From Escherichia phage DT571/2, in the sequence record NC_047749.1: DNA of 64,000 bases, one strand, 5' to 3'. Of the stretch, positions 18,179 through 28,236 are shown piece by piece. How positions within the stretch are numbered: the stretch's first letter is position 1; each line of letters starts with the position of its first letter. A program made the translations under genes and the position numbers. Below the pieces are notes generated by a model. The model was not told the DNA's origin and searched no databases. It saw nothing but the letters and a program-made list of their open reading frames with translations.

Positions 18179-19527
18179 AGGTTGTTATATCTAATAAAGC
18201 CTATTTCAAGCCCGATGATGAACTTTGGGATTATTGTAGTAAGCAAACCACTTACCACATAGAGACAATGACTAGTAAATACCCTATTATGTATAAGAAT
18301 AGTGGTGTTGTTGCCAAAGAGATTAAGTGGATTCCTATTACACGTCTGGATTTACTAGATGCTAAAGGAATAAAATACGAATTAGTTGATAAACGCACGT
18401 TAGCTCCGGTAGATATACCAAAACCGTCGTTTAAACTGCGTGAAGAAGATCAGCTTCCAATATATGAAGAATGCGATGATACCTGCATTATTAATGGTAA
18501 GCCTGGGTTTGGTAAAACTATCCTAGCCCTTGCACTTGCGTATAAATTTGGCCAGAAAACTTTGGTAATCTGTACGAATACATCCATTCGTGAAATGTGG
18601 GCAGCAGAAGTTCGTAAATGGTTTGGGTTTGAACCGGGCATCATAGGTTCTGGGAAATACAATATCGATCCACCAATTGTAGTCAGTAATATTCAAACAG
18701 TGAATAAACATGCGAATAATCTTTCTAAAGTATTCGGTACTGTTATAGTTGATGAAGTTCACCATTGTGTGGCTACAACTTTCACTAACTTCCTAGAAAT
18801 ATCATGTGCTCGCTATAAAATTGGACTATCTGGTACGTTAAAACGTAAGGATGGCTTGCAAGTTATGTTCAAAGATTTCTTTGGATATAAAATATTTAGC
18901 CCGCCGGTTAATAATACTGTTGCACCTACAATCCATAGGTACTCCGTACCAGTTGAATTGTCTGGAAACCAAAACGTACCGTGGGCATTACGTGCTAACG
19001 ATGTGTATAACCACCCTGAATATCGAGGAGCTATTATAAACCTAGCACATTTATATGTGAATATGGGACATAAAGTACTCATTGTAAGTGATAGAACAGA
19101 GTTAATCCAAACAGTACTAGAAGCTCTTACGCAGCGGGGTGTCACAACATATGAAATTATAGGGGCAACCCACTTAGATGACCGATTAAAAATTCAGGAA
19201 GATATAGCAAAAGGTGGGCCTTGTGTACTTGCAGCAGCTCAAAGTATCTTCTCTGAGGGTATTTCCCTTAATGAGCTATCTTGTTTAATAATGGGAAGCC
19301 TCATTAATAATGAATCTCTCATTGAACAGCTTGCAGGCCGTGTTCAACGTATTGTCGATGGTAAACTCGACCCTATTGTTGTAGATCTAATTATGAAGGG
19401 GGGCACTGGACTAAGACAGGCTTCTGGACGTATGGCAGTATATCGTAACAACGGGTGGAAAACTATTACTATGACTCCAGAGAAAGCAGTTCAATTAGCT
19501 AAAATTGCATTTGGCAACAGCTCATAA
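18175..19527 (+). CDS. SF2-type DNA helicase (T5 D10-like position)
   Basis: Walker A NGKPGFGKT, Walker B DEVHH, helicase C-terminal-like region; placement after polymerase as in T5. Confidence 0.7.
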   Translation: MKVVISNKAYFKPDDELWDYCSKQTTYHIETMTSKYPIMYKNSGVVAKEIKWIPITRLDLLDAKGIKYELVDKRTLAPVDIPKPSFKLREEDQLPIYEECDDTCIINGKPGFGKTILALALAYKFGQKTLVICTNTSIREMWAAEVRKWFGFEPGIIGSGKYNIDPPIVVSNIQTVNKHANNLSKVFGTVIVDEVHHCVATTFTNFLEISCARYKIGLSGTLKRKDGLQVMFKDFFGYKIFSPPVNNTVAPTIHRYSVPVELSGNQNVPWALRANDVYNHPEYRGAIINLAHLYVNMGHKVLIVSDRTELIQTVLEALTQRGVTTYEIIGATHLDDRLKIQEDIAKGGPCVLAAAQSIFSEGISLNELSCLIMGSLINNESLIEQLAGRVQRIVDGKLDPIVVDLIMKGGTGLRQASGRMAVYRNNGWKTITMTPEKAVQLAKIAFGNSS

Positions 19528-19539
19528 ATGATGTATAAT
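19511..19539 (+). promoter_or_regulatory. T5-type sigma70 promoter
   Basis: ttggca 19511-19516, 17-bp spacer, tataat 19534-19539, leader atatacataaatttgagagag. Confidence 0.65.
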
Positions 19540-19610
19540 ATATACATAAATTTGAGAGAGAAAGTTTCGGATTGATAAGAAAGTCCGAAGCAGAAAAATA
19601 AAAATTTTAG

Positions 19611-19640
19611 TTGCTAAATTCTCTCGAAATCTAGTATAAT
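19611..19640 (+). promoter_or_regulatory. T5-type sigma70 promoter (second of a tandem pair)
   Basis: ttgcta 19611-19616, 18-bp spacer, tataat 19635-19640, leader atatacataaattcgaggag. Confidence 0.6.
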
Positions 19641-19748
19641 ATATACATAAATTCGAGGAGAAAACAAAAAATTAAATTCTTCGATTATGAAAAGCTATAC
19701 TTACTAGCTAGAGGAAATTCCGACCTAATTATTAAGCTATTCAAAAGA

Positions 19749-20033
19749 ATGCTTACAGAGCCTGATGCTCACCAATTATTGGTCGGTTCCTCGTTCATTT
19801 TGAACGAATCAACGATAGTTGATAATCCAAATAAATTGTCTAATAGACAACTGGCAGAATATCTAGGAATTTTAAGTCTACGAAATTATGCCGAATACAA
19901 GTTTACAAACGATCCTAGTTTGGACATACAATATGTCCCAGTATGGATACCACGTTTAGTAATCGACACTAACCCACTAATCGCAATTAACAAATCGAAA
20001 TTAATCTTTAAAGAGGAAATAAAATATGGCTAA
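19749..20033 (+). CDS. Hypothetical protein (94 aa); weak
   Basis: ORF without a convincing RBS; may be leader sequence for the next gene. Confidence 0.3.
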   Translation: MLTEPDAHQLLVGSSFILNESTIVDNPNKLSNRQLAEYLGILSLRNYAEYKFTNDPSLDIQYVPVWIPRLVIDTNPLIAINKSKLIFKEEIKYG

Positions 20034-20799
20034 GTCTTGGGGCGAAACTACTGGCGGTTCTAACGATAAAATCGAATTCCTGAAGTTCAACAACGGTATC
20101 ACTCGTGTTCGTATCGTTTCTGGTGTTCTTCCACGTTATGTCTATTGGCTGACTAATAAAGAGGGTAGCGTAGCTCCTTTCGAATGTCTCCGTTTTAATC
20201 GTGACAAAGAGAGCTTTGTTCGTGGTAAAGCTGATCCGGTTCATGAGATGGGCTTCTTTGAGAAAGAGCTGGATAAAGATGGTAACCGCGTTCCGCTGAA
20301 ACCGAAGAAAAACTATATCGCTTTTGTTATCGACCGTTCTGATAACAAACTGAAAGTAATGGAAGTCAAAGCTACTATTCTGAAAGGCATCCAGTCTATC
20401 ATGAAGCAGTTGAGTCTGGCAACCCCGTTTGATATTGATATTTCTATCGAGAAAAAAGGCAAAGGTTTCGATACTGAGTATGATGTACAGCAGATTGCTG
20501 CTATGCAGTTCCAGATTAAGCTGCAAGATCCTAACAGTGCAGAATCTAAGCAATATGCTGCGGATGTAGATCTGATTGGTGAAGCTATGTGTGATGAAGA
20601 TGGCGACATCATTAAGTTCGAAAAAGTTCCTTCCCTGGAACAAACCTATCCGGTTCCTACCTATGAAGAGCAGAAAGAAGCAATTCAAGCCTTCATGGAA
20701 GGTCGTGAGAATAAAGATGATGATGCCAAATCTGGTAACAGCAATGCTGGTTCCCAGAAAGGTATTGACCAAGAAGCTGCAAGCGATCTGGACGACTAA
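20026..20799 (+). CDS. Abundant early protein with acidic C-terminal tail; putative ssDNA-binding-type protein
   Basis: Strong RBS aagagga; highly biased codon use; acidic C-terminus ...QEAASDLDD as in phage SSBs; strong terminator downstream. Confidence 0.45.
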   Translation: MAKSWGETTGGSNDKIEFLKFNNGITRVRIVSGVLPRYVYWLTNKEGSVAPFECLRFNRDKESFVRGKADPVHEMGFFEKELDKDGNRVPLKPKKNYIAFVIDRSDNKLKVMEVKATILKGIQSIMKQLSLATPFDIDISIEKKGKGFDTEYDVQQIAAMQFQIKLQDPNSAESKQYAADVDLIGEAMCDEDGDIIKFEKVPSLEQTYPVPTYEEQKEAIQAFMEGRENKDDDAKSGNSNAGSQKGIDQEAASDLDD

Positions 20800-20806
20800 T
20801 AAATAG

Positions 20807-20830
20807 AGGGGCTTCGGCCCCTTTCTTTTT
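20807..20830 (+). terminator. Rho-independent terminator with UUCG tetraloop
   Basis: aggggc-ttcg-gcccct followed by ttctttttaa. Confidence 0.75.
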
Positions 20831-20835
20831 AACTT

Positions 20836-21813
20836 ATGAGAATATTATTTAGTGCTGATCATCATATCAAACTAGGGCAAGATAAAATCCCCAAAGAATG
20901 GCAGAAGCGTCGCTTCCTGATGCTAGGAGAACGGTTAAATGATATATTCCATAATCATAACTGTGATTTGCATATTATTGGTGGTGATTTATTTGATCAT
21001 TCCGACCCGTCGTCAGAAGAAATAGAACTGCTTGAACAGTTTATGTCAAGACTTGACCATCCCGGCAAAATCTTTACTGGAAATCATGAAATGTTAACTA
21101 AAACCATTTCGTGTCTATATCATTATGCGGGAGTTATTAATAAAGTAACTAGTGGGAAGTGGGAAGTAATTACCAAACCATATCGTTCCCATGAATTTGA
21201 TATTGTTCCGTATGATGAGATTCATAAACCAAAGTGGAAACCTGCTGAATCAAAACTATGTTTCACGCATGTTCGTGGTGAAATCCCTCCACATGTAAAA
21301 CCAGAAATTGATCTAACTAAGTACAACTGTTATGATACTGTAATTGCTGGCGATTTACACTCTTATACTAATAGCCAGACTATCGGGTCTACTAGACTCC
21401 TCTACCCAGGGTCTCCATTAACTACATCGTTCCATAGAGAACGCACAAAAGGTACAAACGGTTGCTTTATCATTGATACCGACACATTAAAAGTAGAATG
21501 GATTGAACTAGGTGATTTACCACAACTGATTCGTAAAACAATCGGAGCTGGTGAAGAGATGGAACCTAGTGATTACGATCGTGTAGTCTACGAAGTTACT
21601 GGTGACGTTGTTCAATTAAAGTCTATCAAAGACTCTGATTTATTAGATAAGAAGATTAACCATCGAGTTACTAAAGACGCTAAGTTAAATCTTGTTGATC
21701 TTGATATGTTAGGTGAACTTGAACTTTACTTCCGTGAAGTCGAGAAGCTACCTCAAGGCGACATTGATAGAATCTTGGCTAGAGCTGCGAAATATGTCAA
21801 AGATTACAATTAA
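20836..21813 (+). CDS. SbcD/Mre11-like nuclease subunit (calcineurin-like phosphoesterase)
   Basis: Phosphoesterase motifs SADHH, GGDLFDH, GNHE in order. Confidence 0.75.
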   Translation: MRILFSADHHIKLGQDKIPKEWQKRRFLMLGERLNDIFHNHNCDLHIIGGDLFDHSDPSSEEIELLEQFMSRLDHPGKIFTGNHEMLTKTISCLYHYAGVINKVTSGKWEVITKPYRSHEFDIVPYDEIHKPKWKPAESKLCFTHVRGEIPPHVKPEIDLTKYNCYDTVIAGDLHSYTNSQTIGSTRLLYPGSPLTTSFHRERTKGTNGCFIIDTDTLKVEWIELGDLPQLIRKTIGAGEEMEPSDYDRVVYEVTGDVVQLKSIKDSDLLDKKINHRVTKDAKLNLVDLDMLGELELYFREVEKLPQGDIDRILARAAKYVKDYN

Positions 21814-23632
21814 GACACTAAAATTTAGTAACGTTATGTCTTACGGTAAAGACATCGTAATTCATTTCGATAAGAATCCAGTTACTCAACTAATTGGCGG
21901 CAATGGACTAGGGAAATCCACCATCGCTACGGTTATAGAAGAGCTATTCTATAATAAAAATTCTCGAGGTATCAAGAAGGATGCATTGTTCTCTTGGAAT
22001 GCCCCTAAGAAAGAATACGATATGCACGCTTATTTCTCGAAAGATGATGATGAGTATGAGCTGCATAAAGTAGTTAAGTCAACTGCTAAAGTAACGTTGA
22101 TTAAGAATGGGGAAGATATTAGTGGGCATACGGCAACCCAAACATACAAGATGATCGAAGAGATTATGGGTGGTGACTTTCAAACATTCACCAAACTGAT
22201 TTATCAATCAGTGGGTTCCAACCTAGACTTTCTAAAAGCAACGGATGCAACACGTAAGGCTTTTCTTGTTAATTTGTTCAATCAAGAGCAATACAAAGAA
22301 ATGTCGGAAACTATTAAGGCTGACCGTAAAGAAATAGCAAATACCTTAAATAATTTGCAGGGCCAAATGGCTGTAATTACGAAAATCCTTAATGGAAAAA
22401 ATAATCTAGGAACTTTGCAGGAACCCGTAGAAGTGCCGGAGTTTGATGAAGAGCCATTAGCACAAGAACTTACTGAATCGAAAATTAAGGCGGCATTAGC
22501 CAAGTCACAAGAGGCTAATATTACTAAGTTGCGTAATTTGGACAAAGCTGTACAAGTTGCCGAACAATCTTTCGAACCTTTCAAAAATTTGCCCGCGCCC
22601 ACCGACCAAAATGAAGAGATCTCGAGTGTTACGCGTGACCTAACGATTGTGACCTCACGTGCGAGCGAAGTTAAGAAACGTTATCAGAAGTTCAAGCAAG
22701 AGGCTTCAAATACTGAATGCCCTACTTGCGGTACTCATCTGGATACAACTGCTGCTCAAAAAGCAATGGATATGGCTAGAACAGAATATGATCCTCTGTT
22801 CAAAGAGAAGCAATCTCTTGAAGCTAAGCTAGAACAGTTGAAGAAAGAACAACTTGAGTACGTTGCGTATACTAGAGCAAAGGATGCTTTGGATAAAGCA
22901 GTGGTAGCTAGAGACGAGTTCAAAAATTCAATGAGTGATGCTTCTTTTGAAGAACTCAATGTGCAAATCCTACAGGTGCAAATCCGACAATTAGAACAGG
23001 AAATCGCTGATGGCCGCTCTAAGGTTGCAATTGCCAAAGAGCATAATGCAAATGTCGAATTAGCCAATGCAAAATATAAAGCAAAGCTAGAACAGATTGA
23101 GAAAGCTGAAGCAGAAATGTCTGAGATTACTTCCAAACTTGATGGAGTAGCCGAAGCTGTAGCTGATCTCGATATTCTAATTGCTGCATTGAAAAATCTG
23201 GTGGGATATAAACTAGAACATAGTGTGAAAGTATTTGAAGAACTAATTAATAAATACCTTTCCATTATGACTGGCGGTAAATTCGCACTTGGATTTGAAC
23301 TTGATGAAACAAAATTACAAGTAGTAATCTTCAATGATGGAAACCGTACCAGTATGGAGAACTGCTCTACTGGTCAGCAAAGTCGAATTAATCTAGCAAC
23401 CCTGCTAGCTATTCGGATGCTGTTAACCTCTATTAGTAAAGTTAATATTAATCTTCTATTCCTTGATGAAGTAATTAGCTTTATTGATACGAAAGGACTT
23501 GATACTCTCGTTGAACTATTAAATGAGGAAGAAAGTCTAAATTCTATCATTGTTTCTCACGGGCATACGCATCCATTGGCTCATAAGATTACTGTCAAGA
23601 AAGATGCAGAAGGATTTTCCTACTTAGAATAA
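21794..23632 (+). CDS. SbcC/Rad50-like ATPase subunit
   Basis: Walker A GGNGLGKST, long coiled-coil with central CPTCGT zinc-hook, C-terminal Walker B LLFLDEV and VSHG. Start at ATG 21794 chosen over track start 21713. Confidence 0.75.
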   Translation: MSKITIKTLKFSNVMSYGKDIVIHFDKNPVTQLIGGNGLGKSTIATVIEELFYNKNSRGIKKDALFSWNAPKKEYDMHAYFSKDDDEYELHKVVKSTAKVTLIKNGEDISGHTATQTYKMIEEIMGGDFQTFTKLIYQSVGSNLDFLKATDATRKAFLVNLFNQEQYKEMSETIKADRKEIANTLNNLQGQMAVITKILNGKNNLGTLQEPVEVPEFDEEPLAQELTESKIKAALAKSQEANITKLRNLDKAVQVAEQSFEPFKNLPAPTDQNEEISSVTRDLTIVTSRASEVKKRYQKFKQEASNTECPTCGTHLDTTAAQKAMDMARTEYDPLFKEKQSLEAKLEQLKKEQLEYVAYTRAKDALDKAVVARDEFKNSMSDASFEELNVQILQVQIRQLEQEIADGRSKVAIAKEHNANVELANAKYKAKLEQIEKAEAEMSEITSKLDGVAEAVADLDILIAALKNLVGYKLEHSVKVFEELINKYLSIMTGGKFALGFELDETKLQVVIFNDGNRTSMENCSTGQQSRINLATLLAIRMLLTSISKVNINLLFLDEVISFIDTKGLDTLVELLNEEESLNSIIVSHGHTHPLAHKITVKKDAEGFSYLE

Positions 23633-23635
23633 AAC

Positions 23636-24118
23636 ATGGCCGTAGATAGTAGAGAGAAAGGCAAACGTGGTGAATATCAGGTAAGAGATATTCTACGTGA
23701 GCGTACTGGTCTTGAGTGGGAACGTGTTCCAGGCTCTGGTGCTTTTGGCCAGAGCCACGGACTGAAAGGTGACATTTACCTTCCCCCACAAAGTGGACAT
23801 ATTAGTAAATACTGCTTCGAAGTTAAGTGGTATAAAGACGACGCATTATCAAGTAATTTATTTAATGTTGGTGAATCCACTCTAGAGAAGTGGTGGCAGC
23901 AGTGCTCACGTGAAGGTGAGCAGATGAACTCCAAGCCCGCATTAATATTCAAAAAAGACAGAGGACAGTGGTTAATAGCTTTGGATAGCTCGGACCCGAT
24001 GGTTGACAACTTAATGAGTCGTACCCATATGGTGTTAAATAAGAAAGATATGGAAATTGTAATAGGGTTGTTTGAACCGTGGCTACATCATGCATCTGTT
24101 GAGGACTTAATTAAATAA
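23636..24118 (+). CDS. Hjc-type Holliday-junction resolvase-like nuclease
   Basis: KGKRGEYQVRDILRE...GSG...GDIY...FEVK matches the Hjc pattern (KG..E.....L ... SG ... D ... E.K); sits between the SbcCD-like genes and the flap endonuclease. Confidence 0.55.
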   Translation: MAVDSREKGKRGEYQVRDILRERTGLEWERVPGSGAFGQSHGLKGDIYLPPQSGHISKYCFEVKWYKDDALSSNLFNVGESTLEKWWQQCSREGEQMNSKPALIFKKDRGQWLIALDSSDPMVDNLMSRTHMVLNKKDMEIVIGLFEPWLHHASVEDLIK

Positions 24119-24993
24119 TGAGTAAATCCTGGGGAAAATTTATTGAAGAAGAGGAAGCTGAAATGGCTTCCCGTCGTAACCTAATGATTGTCGATGGAAC
24201 TAACTTAGGCTTTCGCTTCAAACATAATAATAGTAAGAAACCATTTGCCTCAAGTTATGTTTCCACTATTCAGTCTCTGGCAAAGTCTTATTCTGCTAGA
24301 ACTACAATAGTTTTAGGGGATAAGGGGAAATCTGTATTTCGTCTAGAACATCTACCAGAGTATAAAGGTAATCGTGATGAAAAGTACGCACAACGTACAG
24401 AAGAAGAGAAAGCGCTAGATGAGCAGTTCTTTGAATATTTGAAAGATGCTTTCGAGTTGTGTGAAACTACATTCCCAACCTTCACTATTCGTGGTGTAGA
24501 AGCTGATGATATGGCAGCTTATATTGTTAAGCTCATCGGGCATCTTTATGATCACGTTTGGTTGATTTCTACCGATGGTGACTGGGACACTTTATTAACA
24601 GATAAAGTTTCTCGTTTTTCTTTCACAACACGTCGTGAATATCATCTTCGTGATATGTATGAGCATCATAATGTTGACGATGTAGAGCAGTTTATTTCCC
24701 TGAAAGCAATTATGGGAGATCTAGGGGATAATATCCGGGGTGTTGAAGGTATTGGGGCAAAACGCGGGTATAACATTATTCGTGAATTCGGTAATGTTCT
24801 GGATATTATTGATCAGCTTCCACTACCTGGAAAACAGAAATATATACAGAATTTAAATGCTTCGGAAGAATTGCTCTACCGAAACCTAATTCTAGTTGAT
24901 TTACCTACCTACTGTGTGGATGCTATTGCTGCTGTGGGTCAAGACGTATTAGATAAGTTTACAAAAGATATTTTGGAGATTGCAGAACAATGA
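24118..24993 (+). CDS. D15: 5'-3' exonuclease / flap endonuclease (T5 D15-like, 291 aa)
   Basis: N-terminal MIVDGTNLGFR and downstream acidic clusters typical of FEN/5'-nuclease; 291 aa, same length as T5 D15 as I recall it. Confidence 0.85.
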   Translation: MSKSWGKFIEEEEAEMASRRNLMIVDGTNLGFRFKHNNSKKPFASSYVSTIQSLAKSYSARTTIVLGDKGKSVFRLEHLPEYKGNRDEKYAQRTEEEKALDEQFFEYLKDAFELCETTFPTFTIRGVEADDMAAYIVKLIGHLYDHVWLISTDGDWDTLLTDKVSRFSFTTRREYHLRDMYEHHNVDDVEQFISLKAIMGDLGDNIRGVEGIGAKRGYNIIREFGNVLDIIDQLPLPGKQKYIQNLNASEELLYRNLILVDLPTYCVDAIAAVGQDVLDKFTKDILEIAEQ

Positions 24994-25436
24994 TTAAAAT
25001 TAAGTTAACTCATCCAGATTGTATGCCTAAGATTGGCTCTGAAGATGCCGCAGGCATGGATCTGCGAGCATTCTTTGGTACTAACCCTGCTGCAGATTTA
25101 CGTGCTATTGCACCAGGCAAATCCTTAATGATTGACACCGGTGTCGCGGTAGAAATTCCGCGAGGTTGGTTCGGTTTGGTGGTTCCGCGTAGTTCTTTAG
25201 GAAAGCGTCATCTGATGATTGCAAATACCGCGGGGGTGATTGATTCAGACTATCGTGGTACTATTAAGATGAACCTTTATAACTACGGTTCTGAAATTCA
25301 AACTCTGGAGAATTTTGAAAGACTTTGCCAGTTAGTGGTACTACCGCACTACTCAACCCATAATTTTAAAATCGTTGACAAACTAGAGGAGACTGATCGT
25401 GGAGAAGGTGGATTTGGAAGCTCAGGAAGTAAGTAA
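24990..25436 (+). CDS. dut: dUTP pyrophosphatase
   Basis: dUTPase motifs AAGMDLRA, VPRSSLG, GVIDSDYRG. Confidence 0.85.
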   Translation: MIKIKLTHPDCMPKIGSEDAAGMDLRAFFGTNPAADLRAIAPGKSLMIDTGVAVEIPRGWFGLVVPRSSLGKRHLMIANTAGVIDSDYRGTIKMNLYNYGSEIQTLENFERLCQLVVLPHYSTHNFKIVDKLEETDRGEGGFGSSGSK

Positions 25437-25671
25437 TTTTACTGATCCTAATGGGGTAGACTTAGACTTAGCTGAACCTACTAATTTCTATCATGTGGCT
25501 GTTGCTCAGCCTGATCTTAACAAAATTGTACTTAAAGTCGATATGTTTGGTAATGTGGAACATTGGGATGAGGAAGGATTCTTGAACTTATGTAATGAGT
25601 CTCAAGACCCAACTCTCAAAGCCCTGTTAGCCGTATACAATTTAGGTATTATCAAAGGAAGTAAAGATTAA
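25399..25671 (+). CDS. Hypothetical protein (90 aa)
   Basis: GTG start with SD gaggag 7 nt upstream; overlaps dut 3' end. Confidence 0.45.
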   Translation: MEKVDLEAQEVSNFTDPNGVDLDLAEPTNFYHVAVAQPDLNKIVLKVDMFGNVEHWDEEGFLNLCNESQDPTLKALLAVYNLGIIKGSKD

Positions 25672-25672
25672 T

Positions 25673-25709
25673 AAAAAACCCCCAGTGGACAATCCACTGG
25701 GGGTTTTTT
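25673..25709. terminator. Bidirectional rho-independent terminator between the early (+) and late (-) modules
   Basis: Perfect 11-bp stem cccccagtgga/tccactggggg with 3-nt loop, flanked by aaaaaa on one side and tttttt on the other. Confidence 0.85.
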
Positions 25710-25893
25710 ATTTATTTACCTACCTTTAACTCAGCAATCTCGGCTTACGTTGCCTAGATATTCGGTATCAACGTTTACACAGTGTGCGTCGTATTCCACA
25801 GCATGAGATGTGTATAGAGTTCCTTCTGCTCCAGTAAGTACCACCTGGCTAACACCCGCATACTTACCGGAGCCTTTCAGCGCCTTGAGTGAA

Positions 25894-28197
25894 TTATTTC
25901 GCTGCCTTCAGCGCGGCTATCTCTGCCTTCAAATCCTCGATTTGCTTATTGAGATACTGCACACAACCCATCAAATCCATAACGATCGGGTTTACATCCA
26001 CCGACGGCCTGTCGCGGGTCTTACCACCGATAATAGCGTTAGTCTCTGGGTCCACCTCCACATCGTACGTCTCTTCTCGATGTTTGATGTATTGAGGTGC
26101 AATCGCTTCAGCCTCCTCGGCAATTATGCCGAAGCGGACGCGCTCCTGCACATCGTCCTTATACACGTAGTTCACCATGCGCATTTGTTCAATACGTGCA
26201 ACCGCTTCTGTAACGTCTGCATTGACAATATCTTTCTTAAAGTCCCGCCCCGATGTGCCTTGCAAGGCAAGAACACCACCAGATGAAGGCCAGTTGATTG
26301 TAATGCCAGTGCCGTTTCCCTTCTCAAAATATTTATAGATCTGGTTACTATTGATATTAACCGAATCCCACATCGTGCGGAAATTACCAGCCGGGACTGA
26401 ATCTTTTGCGTTGTGTAGAACGAAAGACTTCACCGGACCGTCGGTAGTCGGGCGAATGGTTATATCACGGGCCCACACTACTCCGCCTGTTCCCGCTCCG
26501 GGGATCTCCACGACGGTATCTCGGTACGCGCCCGACGCGTCATATGATTGCAACTTAAAATTGCCCGAAGCGTCGTTAATCCCCATACGCCAGCGTACTT
26601 TATCGGCGGAATCCGCCCAACATACACCGTCAAAATCGGAGTTCACCGAGTTCACAACTATACTATTCGGTATAGTTAGTTTACCTGTTTCGTCAAAATC
26701 CAGATTCGCGCTTCTTTGTGTGGTACTGTTCGTTACGGAAATACGAGCAGAATAGTTACCGCCGATATCGGCACGGGCACAGAAACTAGCTTCAGCCTCA
26801 TTGGCGCCACTAATCTTGTACAATGAGAATATGTTACCACCTTGAGCAATTGTGCCGTCAGCTGGACGTGTCGCATCACCATTGATCACACTCCAAGACG
26901 TATTCGCCGCCACGAACCCGCCTGACGCTCGAATAACCCACACACCCATGAAGTTATTTGGACGCAACTCCGTTACGGTCCGACCATAGATCGCGCTGAC
27001 CCTCGAGGCGTCCAGGTTAATGATGCCGTAGGAGACCGCGCCGTTACTAACAGTTAGGTTGCTTGGCGTCCGATATTGCGAATCCGCGCCACCAGACCCA
27101 TGGAACGCGCCACTTTCACCGTTGATAATACTTGCGGACCCGCCGCCGTGTAATTCGACGCGGCCTGTGATGTTAGGTGCTCCTGATTCGTAGATATACC
27201 CATCGTTGCCACTTTGCCCGCCGTCCCCCCGGCAGAACAAGCCGAATATTGACCCAGGCTGAACACCATTACGGTCTGGCACTCGGAAGGTCGTTGTGCC
27301 GTCACCAGTAGAATACTTGCCGCGCTGATTTGGGTTAGCCAGCCAGGTAGCGTCACTAATTGGCGATAGCATTTGCGCATACGCCCAGAGTTCGGGCCAG
27401 TCAGCACGATTCAACAACTGACCATCACTCACCACCTCGTACGGCTGAATGTATGCGCGACTATCCCGCAGGTGAAAGTCACCTACCCCATAGTTCATAA
27501 CGCCATTCATGGTAGGTCCAACTGTACCAGTGTTAATCTTATTCTCTACCCAACGTTTGGTTACAGCATCGTAGTCCCCCACAGGGTCCCCAGCAAGAGG
27601 GGTGGACCCTTGTGGTCTTACAACGTCCCATAAAGCTTCTCTATTATTTACCCCGGTACCCCCTTGTTCAACCGGGAGTGCTAACCACTCATTCTCTGTA
27701 TCACTATAAACTCCCCAAGTACCATTATTTTGAATAGTTAATCTAGAATTCTTATCACCACTGTAGATTATGGTTTCTGTTTCGGACTCCTGACTAAATC
27801 TATCGAGTTCCAGTGCGGTTTTAGCCCCCTCTAGTGTAGAAGAACCAGTACCACCTTGAGCAATCGTAATAGCCTTAGTAAGCGCATTTAATTCTGTAAT
27901 ATCATTATTAGCACCTTTAGCAGCTTTACTATCTATGGTGATATTCATACTACCAAGAGCAGTATTGATATTCCCAATAGCCTCTACATTGTTCTGAATG
28001 GAACTATCAATACCAGTTAAACGAGTATTTAATTCTTCTTTATCTATAGTGTAGTTAGAGATTTGTAGGTATTTAGAAGTTAGTGCAACAGCACCAGCTT
28101 CTCCATCAACAGAGAAAACGCCTGCAACCGCAGCATCTCTGTTAACTACAACGTATGGCGCCATTGCGCCGGATTTAGGCATTAAATTACGTGACAT
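25894..28197 (-). CDS. Tail fibre protein with C-terminal intramolecular-chaperone (S74-like) domain; second L-shaped fibre protein (LtfB-like)
   Basis: 767 aa; C-terminus ...DVNPIVMDLMGCVQYLNKQIEDLKAEIAALKAAK resembles the auto-processing chaperone domain of tail fibres; shares an almost identical ~90-aa block with the 1039-aa fibre. Confidence 0.7.
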   Translation of the reverse strand: MSRNLMPKSGAMAPYVVVNRDAAVAGVFSVDGEAGAVALTSKYLQISNYTIDKEELNTRLTGIDSSIQNNVEAIGNINTALGSMNITIDSKAAKGANNDITELNALTKAITIAQGGTGSSTLEGAKTALELDRFSQESETETIIYSGDKNSRLTIQNNGTWGVYSDTENEWLALPVEQGGTGVNNREALWDVVRPQGSTPLAGDPVGDYDAVTKRWVENKINTGTVGPTMNGVMNYGVGDFHLRDSRAYIQPYEVVSDGQLLNRADWPELWAYAQMLSPISDATWLANPNQRGKYSTGDGTTTFRVPDRNGVQPGSIFGLFCRGDGGQSGNDGYIYESGAPNITGRVELHGGGSASIINGESGAFHGSGGADSQYRTPSNLTVSNGAVSYGIINLDASRVSAIYGRTVTELRPNNFMGVWVIRASGGFVAANTSWSVINGDATRPADGTIAQGGNIFSLYKISGANEAEASFCARADIGGNYSARISVTNSTTQRSANLDFDETGKLTIPNSIVVNSVNSDFDGVCWADSADKVRWRMGINDASGNFKLQSYDASGAYRDTVVEIPGAGTGGVVWARDITIRPTTDGPVKSFVLHNAKDSVPAGNFRTMWDSVNINSNQIYKYFEKGNGTGITINWPSSGGVLALQGTSGRDFKKDIVNADVTEAVARIEQMRMVNYVYKDDVQERVRFGIIAEEAEAIAPQYIKHREETYDVEVDPETNAIIGGKTRDRPSVDVNPIVMDLMGCVQYLNKQIEDLKAEIAALKAAK

Positions 28198-28215
28198 AGT
28201 ATTTCCTTAGTAAAT

Positions 28216-28231
28216 AGGGGCCGAAGCCCCT
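28216..28231 (-). promoter_or_regulatory. Intergenic GC hairpin with UUCG tetraloop between the two fibre genes
   Basis: On the - strand transcript: aggggc-uucg-gcccct; same hairpin sequence as the terminator at 20807. Confidence 0.4.
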
Positions 28232-28236
28232 TTGAA

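Noticed and set aside
20008-20772. 254-aa ORF on the - strand
   Set aside because: Fully antisense to the strongly expressed + strand gene 20026-20799, which has an RBS, a promoter and a terminator; the antisense frame is open only because of codon bias.
22756-23334. 192-aa ORF on the - strand inside the SbcC-like gene
   Set aside because: Antisense to a gene with clear Walker and zinc-hook motifs; low-complexity Ser/Ala translation.
25810-27633. + strand ORFs (158, 134, 86 aa) inside the tail-fibre gene
   Set aside because: Antisense to the 767-aa fibre gene, whose frame carries the conserved chaperone domain; they lie past the bidirectional terminator and lack start signals.
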